This document shows, piece by piece, positions 15,666 through 24,900 of a stretch of DNA of 32,000 bases (the first letter of the stretch is position 1; each line of letters begins with the position of its first letter). This DNA comes from Candidatus Heimdallarchaeota archaeon. GTDB lineage: Archaea; Asgardarchaeota; Heimdallarchaeia; Heimdallarchaeales; Heimdallarchaeaceae. Location of the stretch: positions 30,001-62,000 of the forward strand of contig DAOVER010000004.1 in NCBI GenBank assembly GCA_030668875.1, written 5' to 3'. Under the pieces are notes generated by a model, which ran no database searches, was not told the DNA's origin, and saw nothing but the letters and a program-made list of their open reading frames with translations. The translations under genes were made by a program, and so were the position numbers.

Positions 15666-16940
15666 ATGAGGTTTATGACAGAAAATCCTGCTTCTTTGGA
15701 AGACATATTGAAAAAATATGCCATCCAACTTCATGACTTAGAATATATCTTAAACTTCATGCAAAAAGAGAGCATTTCTCCTCAATTAGCAATGCGTAGA
15801 ATTAAATTATTTGAGAAATTACAAGAAAAAATGTCTCAAACTCAATCTAATGATAAAGTCAAGGAGCTTACATCAGAACTTGATCACTTGTCAAAACTAG
15901 TAGAAGAACTTCAGACTGAAAAAGCAGAATTAGATAAAGAAATTGAAGATACTAGACTAGAACAGGATCTTTTCAATGCTGAACGAGAAGAGTTAAAACT
16001 GCAAATGCATGCTCTGATGGGTTCTATTGAAACTATTGAATCTGAAGCTGAAGAAGAAGAGGGAAAACTAGAAGAGGAAAATCAGAGTTTAAAGAAGAAA
16101 ATTAGCATGATGACTGCAGGATGTCAAACTGTAAAAGATAGAATTCTTGAACTTGCATCAGAAAATTCCTCACTTCGCACTTTAGCTCAAGGTCTGGAAA
16201 AGAGTCTTGATATCATAATGGAAGGAAATCAAATTCCAAATGAATTAGGCATTTCAGTTCCAAAAGAGATGCTTGCTAAGCCTCCTATCAGAAGAAGTGA
16301 ACCTAAAGATAAATCAGTTCCAAGCTCAGCTCACGCCACTGAGACAATATCGCCCGATCAAGTAAAGTTTGTTGCACAGTCTCCTGTCTCTGAATCAATA
16401 CCTCCATCTCAGTCTGCTGAGTCATCTCCAGCAACAGCTGCTCCTGCTTCAAAGACAATTTCTCAATCATCTATAGAAATCAAGGAAAGTTCCAGTTCTG
16501 TATTAAGAAAACCTGTTATTAAAGAAAAGTTATTTGCAGAACCTGAAGAGATTGAAAAATCTGCATCAACACCCACAAAAGAGTCTCAACTTGCTCCTCA
16601 ACCAGAAACCAAGATAGAATCAAAGCCAGCACCTAAACCAATTGAGGAAGAAAAACCCAAAAAGATTTTAGTAAGTTCCAAACCTGCACCGGAAGGAAAC
16701 CAAGTATCGGCAAAAATTGAAAAGATATTACGTCTCTTCATCTCATATTCAGAACAAGCAGATACTGATGAAAACTGGAAGGCAAGAATTTCAGCAATCT
16801 GTGATATGGATGAAGCTTATATTGAGCTAGGTGGTTTAGCTATGTCGCAGATATATTCTTATCAAACTCAAACCCTAAAGAAGAGAAAAGAGTTCCAAAG
16901 ATTACTTAATTTGTGGATTGAAAACGGTTTACCTCGATAA
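15666..16940 (+). CDS. Coiled-coil protein with long low-complexity linker and small C-terminal helical domain
   Basis: Heptad-rich E/K/L region (aa ~45-185), S/P/E/K/A-rich region (aa ~200-345), ordered ~80-aa C-terminus. The start may be ATG 15675. Confidence 0.8.
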   Translation: MRFMTENPASLEDILKKYAIQLHDLEYILNFMQKESISPQLAMRRIKLFEKLQEKMSQTQSNDKVKELTSELDHLSKLVEELQTEKAELDKEIEDTRLEQDLFNAEREELKLQMHALMGSIETIESEAEEEEGKLEEENQSLKKKISMMTAGCQTVKDRILELASENSSLRTLAQGLEKSLDIIMEGNQIPNELGISVPKEMLAKPPIRRSEPKDKSVPSSAHATETISPDQVKFVAQSPVSESIPPSQSAESSPATAAPASKTISQSSIEIKESSSSVLRKPVIKEKLFAEPEEIEKSASTPTKESQLAPQPETKIESKPAPKPIEEEKPKKILVSSKPAPEGNQVSAKIEKILRLFISYSEQADTDENWKARISAICDMDEAYIELGGLAMSQIYSYQTQTLKKRKEFQRLLNLWIENGLPR

Positions 16941-17040
16941 ACTTAAACTCTCTTTTAATCTCGCTGTTTCTATTTTCTAGCTTAATATGTAAGGTTTAGC
17001 AAAAATTAAAAAAGGTTAGAAAGATTTTGAGTTAGCATAT

Positions 17041-17136
17041 GGGCCAGTAGTCTAGTCCGGATAAGGCACCAGCCTTCGGAAGAAATATTCTGAAGACAGC
17101 TGGGGGTCGCAGGTTCAAGTCCTGCCTGGTCCGCCA
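17041..17136 (+). tRNA. tRNA-Arg(UCG) with intron and encoded CCA
   Basis: Acceptor GGGCCAG/CTGGTCC, D arm GTCT/AGGC, anticodon stem CCAGC/GCTGG with TCG at 17076-17078, T arm GCAGG-TTCAAGT-CCTGC, discriminator G then CCA. Confidence 0.97.
17080..17097 (+). other. 18-nt tRNA intron at position 37/38 with bulge-helix-bulge motif
   Basis: Central helix CTTC/GAAG, 3-nt bulges GG|A and AC|A, intron hairpin AGAA-ATA-TTCT. Confidence 0.92.
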
Positions 17137-17194
17137 CCTTCTATGTTTGTCAATAAGACAAAACTTTATTAAAAAAATTCAATTAGAAATATTA

Positions 17195-17932
17195 ATGAAA
17201 ACAAACGTTAAATTTTCTAAATCCATCACATTTCAAGTGGTTGCTATTCTTTGCATTTTGAATGTGATTTTAACTTCGGTTGTTACAGGAAACCAAAGTC
17301 TAAATCTTAAATCTGGAAATATGGTTGAATATACCATACTCGATTCAAGTGAAACCACAAATCTCTTTTATGGTGCTTGGCCCCCTGGTGATTACTATGG
17401 TAATTGGACTGTCTGTCAAAATGAGAAGATTGTTTATGAGATAACCAATGATACCGCAGATGAAATGGAAGGGATTATAGTCTTAGGTAACTACACTTTC
17501 AACAATATACGTAATATTGATGTGGCGAGCGCTTTGGCAGTTAGTGTCTATCCTTGGAACGGGGGGTTCTTTGCAAATGCTTCAGATTGGACAGGAATAA
17601 CAGAAATGATTGAAAATACGAATACTTCTATGACCCTAATAGAAGACTATAATCAAACCATCAATGATGATGATTATTCACTTGATATCTATGAATTCAA
17701 TGTAGAGGACTATTATGGACAATATTCTCTGTTTCGTTACGATGTTGAAAGTGGGATATTGTTAAACGCATTCACATCTTTTGGGGCTTACTATCTCAAT
17801 ATTTCCTTGTCCTCAACGAATATTGACATACAAGGAATGATAACAAATGCGATATCATATTATTTCTTACCTGCAGTTGTATCCTTCATATTCATTGTGT
17901 ATTTTCTTCAAAAAAGGTTGCGAAAAATTTGA
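17195..17932 (+). CDS. Secreted/surface glycoprotein with C-terminal TM anchor
   Basis: Signal peptide from ATG 17195; seven N-x-S/T sequons (NWT, NDT, NYT, NAS, NTS, NQT, NIS); terminal TM helix followed by KKRLRKI. Confidence 0.75.
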   Translation: MKTNVKFSKSITFQVVAILCILNVILTSVVTGNQSLNLKSGNMVEYTILDSSETTNLFYGAWPPGDYYGNWTVCQNEKIVYEITNDTADEMEGIIVLGNYTFNNIRNIDVASALAVSVYPWNGGFFANASDWTGITEMIENTNTSMTLIEDYNQTINDDDYSLDIYEFNVEDYYGQYSLFRYDVESGILLNAFTSFGAYYLNISLSSTNIDIQGMITNAISYYFLPAVVSFIFIVYFLQKRLRKI

Positions 17933-18038
17933 TAAATCTAGGCATTTAGATAATTTTTCTTATTGAAAATATGTGAAAGCTGCTGAACTAGCCACAAGAA
18001 ATATTAAACCTAACCGAATATAAAGAAATGAGTAACAT

Positions 18039-18854
18039 ATGAGTGAGAGTACACAAAAGTGTCCAAGTTGTTCTGAGACTGTACCATTAGAATATTCTGT
18101 CTGTCCTTTTTGTGGGTTTGGTTTACTAGAATATGAACTTAAGAAATTTTCATTCAAACCTAAACTTAAGGAAGTGTTTATTCGGATTTATTCCTTTTTC
18201 AGAAGACCTATCAAAACAAGTGAGGAATTTGGTGTTGCTACAGAATCAAAAGGAGCGAACATTTTACTGCTAATCTTTTCGTTATTTTTATCCTTACGGT
18301 ATTATTTTACTATGGTGGCATCTGGGTTGGAATTTTCAGGAGTTATTGCAATTGGAAATATTGTTGATCCTGATGTTTTTGGTTTTACAATTAGTATCGG
18401 CCTCATTTTCTTTTTAGTAACATTCCTTCTAATGCCTCTTATCGTTTGGGTTATTTACAAGACATTTTTCTCTCTAGGAACTTGGTTAATGGCAAAATTT
18501 GCAGGAATGCTAGGTTCAGACGCATCGAAAAAACAATATAGAACTATTATAGGTTATTCAATTACTCCAATTGTGGTTGGGGAATTTCTAGGTATATTCT
18601 TTTCATTAATTGCTGGGTTCAGTACTAACTCTTCACCATTAGACATGATGCAATATATGGAAGATGTGTACACTTCTGGAATAATGTTAGTGTTCAAGAT
18701 TTTGATGGTTATACTCTGGATTGTAATGATTGTATATTCAACAATTGGACTCAAAGTTGTGGGTAAAATGTCATGGTTTACTGCAGCAATTTCCACTATT
18801 TTACCCATCGCCGTTTTTGTTTACTTCTTCTATTTCCTCAATCTTTTTGGATAA
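18039..18854 (+). CDS. Zinc-ribbon + Yip1-domain membrane protein
   Basis: CPSC...CPFCG; FFRRP (Yip1 '..P...f'), IIGYSITP, GLKVVGKMSWFTAA; about 5 TM helices. Confidence 0.7.
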   Translation: MSESTQKCPSCSETVPLEYSVCPFCGFGLLEYELKKFSFKPKLKEVFIRIYSFFRRPIKTSEEFGVATESKGANILLLIFSLFLSLRYYFTMVASGLEFSGVIAIGNIVDPDVFGFTISIGLIFFLVTFLLMPLIVWVIYKTFFSLGTWLMAKFAGMLGSDASKKQYRTIIGYSITPIVVGEFLGIFFSLIAGFSTNSSPLDMMQYMEDVYTSGIMLVFKILMVILWIVMIVYSTIGLKVVGKMSWFTAAISTILPIAVFVYFFYFLNLFG

Positions 18855-18950
18855 GGAAATACTTTTTATTCCTTTTGCTTTTCAATAACTGATTTATATA
18901 CTCTAGAAAAGGTTTTGAATGAAAGAGAGGAATATTTTTGAGGACGTTCA

Positions 18951-19952
18951 ATGAAAGAAGGAAGAAAACCTTTCTTGAAAGATATAGGTGAAAAGCAATT
19001 TCTATCAAAAATCTCCCAGTATGTTGACACTCCTCTAATAGACTTTAATGACGATGCTTCTGCAATAGAATTACCATCAGGAGAACTCTTAGTAATTAAT
19101 GTTGATATGTTAGTTCAAGGAACTGATGTGTTGCCTGGGATGTCTTCTCTTCAAGTCGGTAAAAAAGCTGTAACCATGTCAGTTAGCGATATTATAGCAA
19201 AGGGAGTAAAACCAATAGGGTGTTTGGCTAGTGTTAGCTTTCCACCAGAGATAGCTATTGATGAAGCAGAGACAATAATTCAAGGCATTAAAGAACAATG
19301 TTCATTGTATGGATGTTTGTTTTTGGGAGGAGATCTTAATGAAAGCAAAGAAACTATTGTGGACATAGTTGCTTTTGGTACTTGTGGTAAAACCAATTTT
19401 ATTTCACGAAAGGGGGCAGTTTCAGGAGATATACTGTATTCAACAGGCTTGTTTGGGTTTACTGCTTTAGGTTTTGAAATGATACTCAATGAAAAATTTA
19501 TTGTCGAATCTCTAAAAAAACAGATACTTGAATCTGTCTATGAACCAATTGCAAAAATAGAATTTCTTGATATTCTGCAAGAATTACCTATCAAAATCTG
19601 TATGGATAGTTCCGATGGTCTTTTGATTACTCTAAATGATCTTTCCACCTTAAACAATCTCGGAATTAACATAACCACCATTCCTATACAACCTGAAATT
19701 AAAGACTTCGCAGAAAAATATGGGATTAATCCGCTAGATTTAGTCTTTAAAGGTGGAGAAGAGTTTGATCTAATTTTTGCTGTTTCTCCCGATTTAATAG
19801 AGATAGTTGAAAAAAGGGTTGAAGATATGGGTCTGGAAATTTATAAATTAGGGTTTTTCGATGAAAATATTAATGGACTCACTCTGACTGACGATGCTTT
19901 TAGTCGCTATGAAGTTCCAAAAAATGGGTTTGAGCATTTTACAAGTAAGTAG
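18951..19952 (+). CDS. thiL: Thiamine-monophosphate kinase
   Basis: IGEKQFL, NDDASAI, DMLVQGTD, SVSDIIAKG, GGDLN, MDSSDGL, GGEEFDLIF, GFEHF. Confidence 0.93.
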   Translation: MKEGRKPFLKDIGEKQFLSKISQYVDTPLIDFNDDASAIELPSGELLVINVDMLVQGTDVLPGMSSLQVGKKAVTMSVSDIIAKGVKPIGCLASVSFPPEIAIDEAETIIQGIKEQCSLYGCLFLGGDLNESKETIVDIVAFGTCGKTNFISRKGAVSGDILYSTGLFGFTALGFEMILNEKFIVESLKKQILESVYEPIAKIEFLDILQELPIKICMDSSDGLLITLNDLSTLNNLGINITTIPIQPEIKDFAEKYGINPLDLVFKGGEEFDLIFAVSPDLIEIVEKRVEDMGLEIYKLGFFDENINGLTLTDDAFSRYEVPKNGFEHFTSK

Positions 19953-20007
19953 CGATATACTGACAATAAATGTTTAATAACTCAGATAAATTTATCTTTT
20001 GATACTC

Positions 20008-21258
20008 ATGCCAAAAATAACAAAGATTATCGCAAGAGAAATTTTGGATTCAAGAGGGAATCCAACCGTAGAAGTGGATCTTTTTACAACTGAAGGTTTT
20101 GGTAGAGCTCTAGTTCCTTCAGGAGCTTCAACTGGAGAGCACGAAGTTTTAGAATTACGAGATAAGGATGAACGTTTTCTAGGAAAAGGTGTGAAGAAAG
20201 CTGTAAGAAATGTTATGGAACTTATTGCACCAAAACTGATGGGTGAAGAAGTTACAAACCAAGAAAACATAGATAAGATAATGCTTGAATTAGATGGAAC
20301 CGAAAACAAATCCAAACTTGGTGCAAATGCTATGCTTGGTGTTTCCTTAGCGGCTAGTAAAGCAGCTGCGAATGGTTTGAAGTTACCAGTATATGCATAC
20401 TTAAACAGTGACGCTACAACAATTCCGGTTCCAATGTTAAACGTAATAAATGGTGGTAAACATGCTGGAGGTCACCTAAAGATTCAAGAATTTATGCTTA
20501 TACCTCATGGATTTAAAAAATACAGTGAAGCATTGCGCGCTGGTTGTGAAGTTTACCAAGTTTTGAAGAAAAATCTAAAGAAGTTTGGCCCTTCTGCAAT
20601 AAACCTAGGAGATGAAGGAGGATTTGGAAGCCCTGTAGATACTGCACCTGAAGCACTGCAAATGCTAGTTGATGCAATAAAAGATGCAAAGTATATTCCT
20701 GGACAAGAAATCTCAATTGGTTTGGATTCAGCAGCTGCTGAATTCTATTCAGATGGTCTATATGAAGTAGATGGCAAAAAACTAACTGGAGATGAATTGG
20801 TTGATTATTATATTGACCTAGTTGAGAAATTTCCAATTATCTCACTTGAAGATCCTTTCGATGAAAATGATTTTGATTCTTTTGCTAAATTACATGAAAA
20901 ATTACCAGATATTTCAGTAGTAGCCGACGATTTAACTGTAACCAATCCAAAAAGGATTCAAACAGCAATAGACAAAAAAGCAGCCAATTACCTGTTACTC
21001 AAGGTTAATCAAATTGGAACCTTAACTGAATCCTTACAAGCTGCAGAACTTGCTCGAAGTGATGGTTGGGGAATCAATATGTCACATAGGTCAGGGGAAA
21101 CAGAAGATACTTTTATTGCAGACCTAGCCGTTGCGATGGGTACTGAACGAATAAAAACGGGAGCGCCAGCTCGTGGCGAGCGCACAGCAAAATATAATCA
21201 ACTTCTAAGAATTGAGGAAGAATTAGGAGATAGAGCCAAGTATTTAGGTAGTAAATAA
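20008..21258 (+). CDS. eno: Enolase
   Basis: REILDSRGNPTVE, PSGASTG, GDEGG, LKVNQIGTLTE, SHRSGETED, IKTGAPARGER. Confidence 0.98.
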   Translation: MPKITKIIAREILDSRGNPTVEVDLFTTEGFGRALVPSGASTGEHEVLELRDKDERFLGKGVKKAVRNVMELIAPKLMGEEVTNQENIDKIMLELDGTENKSKLGANAMLGVSLAASKAAANGLKLPVYAYLNSDATTIPVPMLNVINGGKHAGGHLKIQEFMLIPHGFKKYSEALRAGCEVYQVLKKNLKKFGPSAINLGDEGGFGSPVDTAPEALQMLVDAIKDAKYIPGQEISIGLDSAAAEFYSDGLYEVDGKKLTGDELVDYYIDLVEKFPIISLEDPFDENDFDSFAKLHEKLPDISVVADDLTVTNPKRIQTAIDKKAANYLLLKVNQIGTLTESLQAAELARSDGWGINMSHRSGETEDTFIADLAVAMGTERIKTGAPARGERTAKYNQLLRIEEELGDRAKYLGSK

Positions 21259-21293
21259 CCTTTCTCCATTCTTCACTTTTCTTTTCCTTTCCT
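21259..21293 (+). terminator. Pyrimidine-rich tract after eno, probable terminator
   Basis: cctttctccattcttcacttttcttttcctttcc directly after the stop codon. Confidence 0.45.
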
Positions 21294-21345
21294 ATGGTTT
21301 TTGAATAATCTTTTTGAAGTTAGATTCTTTTTTCCATATGATAAA

Positions 21346-22863
21346 ATGAAAACTGCCTATGAACAATTATTAAAAATCTATGAAGAAATTCAGCTTTTGG
21401 ATTCTGTTAGTGGTGTGCTTTATTGGGATTTAAATACCTACATGCCCCCTGCAGCAGTTGATTATAGAGCTAAACAATTTCAGTATATCAGTACTAAAAC
21501 ACATCAGCTTTGGGTTGATGAGAAGATATCTCATTTGATTGAATCTTGTCAAAAGGATGGATCGTTGGATTTAGTTCAAAAAAGAAATATTGAACTCATT
21601 AAACGTTCTTACGATAATAAAACTATATTCCCAACAGAACTAGTCGGCAAAATAGCTTCTCAGTCAAATCGCACTTTAGAGATTTGGAAAGGTGCTAAAG
21701 AAAAGAAGGATTTTCAAAAAGTTCTTCCTGATCTCGAAAAATTGTTCCAATTGAATGTAGAAGCTGCAGAATTGTTGGCAAAAGCAAAAGGAATGAATGA
21801 TCCTTACAATGCTCTAATAGATAGAAATGATAAAGGCTTTACTGTGGATTTGTTAAGTAGATTGTTCAACGATACTAAATCTTTCTTAATTCCGTTTGTG
21901 AAAAAATGCAAGGATTCTGATGTAAAGATAGACCGTTCTTTTGTATCTAGAACTGTCCCTAGATCTGTACAGGTAAAGATGGTTGAGGAACTCGCTGACT
22001 TTCTCAAATATGATTTCGGTTCAAATAAAGCAAATGGTAGAATAGATGAAGTAGAACACCCCTTAACAATAGGTTGTGGTAAAGGTGATGTACGAGTAAC
22101 CGTAAAGTATCATGAAGATCATGTATTATCAGCTTTTCTCGCAGGAGCTCATGAGTGTGGTCATGCTATCCATGGTCTCCAAGGAAAGGAAGAATGGTTC
22201 AATCAACCAGTTTATCGTGTTTCATCACCAAGTTTTGGAGAATCACAGTCACGTATACTAGAAAACATTGTTGCCAGCTCAGAAGAGTTTTGGAATTATT
22301 ATTATCCAAAGTTTCAGAGAGTAACTCAAGGAACATTCGATGATATTGACATGCATACATTTTATTCTGCTTTAAATGCAGTGACTCCCGGCTTTATAAG
22401 AATACAAGCTGACGAAGTAACTTATATTTTACACATTATTATTAGATTTGAAATTGAAAGAGATTGGTTCGCTGGAAAAATTTCTACGAAAGAATTACCT
22501 CAAGTTTGGAATGAGAAATACAAGAATTACTTGGGTGTTGATGTTCCAGATGATTCATTAGGATTAATGCAAGATTTGCATTGGTATTCACAATATTATG
22601 CATATTTCCATGGTTATGGCGTAGGTGACCTGATCTCTGCACAAATTACTAATACGATGAGTAAGAAACTTCCTGGTTGGAGAGATGACTTATTGGAAGG
22701 TAATTTTACAAATATCAAACAGTGGTTAGCTGAAAATGTTCATGAAAAGGGTGGAATGCATGATGGTCTTGAACTAGTTGAACAGATTACTAATGAACCT
22801 CTTTCAACTAAATATTTCATTGAATATATAGAGAAAAAATTCTCGAATATATATAGTTTATAA
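21346..22863 (+). CDS. Carboxypeptidase, peptidase family M32 (Taq/Pfu type)
   Basis: EHPLT, HECGH (HExxH), GESQS, IRIQADEVTY, MQDLHW. ATG 21346 is preferred over TTG 21301. Confidence 0.93.
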   Translation: MKTAYEQLLKIYEEIQLLDSVSGVLYWDLNTYMPPAAVDYRAKQFQYISTKTHQLWVDEKISHLIESCQKDGSLDLVQKRNIELIKRSYDNKTIFPTELVGKIASQSNRTLEIWKGAKEKKDFQKVLPDLEKLFQLNVEAAELLAKAKGMNDPYNALIDRNDKGFTVDLLSRLFNDTKSFLIPFVKKCKDSDVKIDRSFVSRTVPRSVQVKMVEELADFLKYDFGSNKANGRIDEVEHPLTIGCGKGDVRVTVKYHEDHVLSAFLAGAHECGHAIHGLQGKEEWFNQPVYRVSSPSFGESQSRILENIVASSEEFWNYYYPKFQRVTQGTFDDIDMHTFYSALNAVTPGFIRIQADEVTYILHIIIRFEIERDWFAGKISTKELPQVWNEKYKNYLGVDVPDDSLGLMQDLHWYSQYYAYFHGYGVGDLISAQITNTMSKKLPGWRDDLLEGNFTNIKQWLAENVHEKGGMHDGLELVEQITNEPLSTKYFIEYIEKKFSNIYSL

Positions 22864-22890
22864 AGAAGAAAAAACTCCCCCTTCCTTTTT

Positions 22891-24732
22891 TTAATCTTCA
22901 ATTCTTATTGTGGCTTGTTGTTGTCTCAATGGTCCATCCGCTTTTATGTTAAGGTTAATTACTATTGTTTCACCTGAATTTATTCGTTTTATCACGCATT
23001 TGATATTGGACAATTCAACAGATACATCAACAGTTGGAGGAGTATGATCTACAAATTCAGCAGAGAAAATTGGTTGAATGAGAGTAACATTATCTAATGG
23101 AACGTCTCCAGTATTTGTTATTGGTATCTCAATATTGTAGCTATCGTCTGATTGTTTTGTGAATATTGATGTTACTCTGTAGGATCTTTGCTTAAATTGT
23201 ACAACTATTGTAGGAACTTTCCCATCAGATCTAGCATCTGTTACAAAAGGTCTAGCCGGATGTTCAGCATATGCTTTGATTGTAGCTGGTGCTGAATGAC
23301 TGCCTTCAATTCTAGGTTTATCAGCAACACACATAGCTTTAATTTTCACTGTTTGACCTAGATCTAATTTGAGATTTTCAATAATATAATTGTAAACTCT
23401 TTCCTTCTCAATACCCTCTGAAATGCTCTCTAAGTAGTTTTTAACATCTTCATCTTCGACTACTTCTTCAACATAATCATCTTCTTTCTCGATTTCTTCG
23501 AACGTTGCAGTTTCTCTGTCTTCGATTACTGGTTTGAGCTCTTCTTTAGACTCTTCTACGAAAATAATTTCAATATCTTTACCAGATGATTCTGCTGTTA
23601 CTCTTTTAACATCAAAGTAACCTGGTATTGAGTCCTCAATTTCTATTTTACCAATTGTAGCGGATCCAGTGTTTGTGACATCAATTGTTGTTATTATATC
23701 TGAAAAAGCATAAGTAGTTACTTCAATTGGGTCAAATAGTTTGGACGCTCCAACTTTTACAACGAATATTTGTTCACTCGCTTTTTCATAAGCTATGGTT
23801 GAATGTTCAGTTATTTCGAAAAGCGCTGTATAATCAAACTTCTTAGTGATTTCAGGAAATGTTGAGGATTCAATAGTAATTTGCTCTTTCCAGATTGGTT
23901 CATTGAGATTTCCTTCTAATTCAATCATAGGTTCTTTGAAATATTTTTCTTCACCATTAACTTCTATTTTAACCTCTTTTAGTAATATCTCAAACTCACT
24001 TGCGTTTCTTAATCCCATGCTAAGTTTCCATTGATTGGGTTCAGCTGTCTCAATAACTTCTACACTTAAATCTACATTATCACAATCGCCATCTAACACA
24101 GGTTTCAATGAACTCATTTTGATTTCTGTTTCACATCTTGCTGTAATGATTCCATTTCTATATGGCTGTACATTTGTTGGATTTATTGTACAAGCAATTG
24201 TAACAATTGCGATACCTCCAGCTTCTAATTCTGGAATTACCCAATTTGCAACTCTTTCACCTTCTACAATAGTTATGTCACCTGGGTATGGTTCTATTGC
24301 TCTTATTTCTCTTGTATCCAAAGGTAAGTGCTTTTCAACTGCCAAGTTCTTGATTTTTGTATCATAATTATTTTTAACAGTAAGCTGAAGAGCTAGAGTT
24401 TGATCTACATTAAAAATCAGGTCTTTATTCAAGGAATCTATTTCGTCTCCTTTGTAATTAGTGTCAAAAATCTCTGTTATTTTGATTGATGGTTCATTCT
24501 TTGTTGTATATTCAACAATATGTTCCTTACCTGCTTCTACGTGAGGGATGTTTGTAATTGGTATTTCATCAACATCTTCACTGAAATCAGCTTCCAGTTC
24601 AATCCCCCATAATGTTGTAGATTTGCTTGGGTTAATAACCTTCAAAACACCTTTTGATTCTGTTGTAATAACCTCATCTTTAGGTCCTACTTTTATTTCC
24701 ACATGTTCTTCTAAATGTATCGTAGCTTTCAT
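22891..24732 (-). CDS. Cytoplasmic multi-beta-sandwich protein with N-terminal mu-homology (adaptin mu / delta-COP)-like domain
   Basis: No signal peptide or TM helix; repeated Ig-like motifs (TVKN, [19 protein letters not shown]). aa 1-215 align by eye with AP-2 mu2 (see findings). Confidence 0.55.
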   Translation of the reverse strand: [613 protein letters not shown]

Positions 24733-24900
24733 TATGAAACCCTCTTTGTTTATATATTAAGAATCAGTTTCTAGCAATTAATACTTACTGTTGTTGCAAC
24801 AGCACAAAATCCCTCAAACATTCTCGTTAAACTCCCTCTTTCGCTAGAATAACTAGCAACCGACAATAATTTAAAGAACCAAGGTAATAAAGAATTGATT

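Noticed and set aside
15666-16940. SMC/Rad50, ESCRT-III or crescentin-like assignment for the coiled-coil protein
   Set aside because: No Walker A/B or hinge motif and no recognisable Snf7 pattern; coiled coil alone is not diagnostic.
17100-17932. Integrated element at the tRNA-Arg 3' end
   Set aside because: No duplicated tRNA 3' end was seen in the window, and no integrase or transposase; downstream genes are ordinary.
19992-20836. ORFs 19992-20315 (-) and 20513-20836 (+) within enolase
   Set aside because: Shadow or alternative frames of a highly conserved gene. The same reasoning applies to the other short track ORFs nested in assigned genes.
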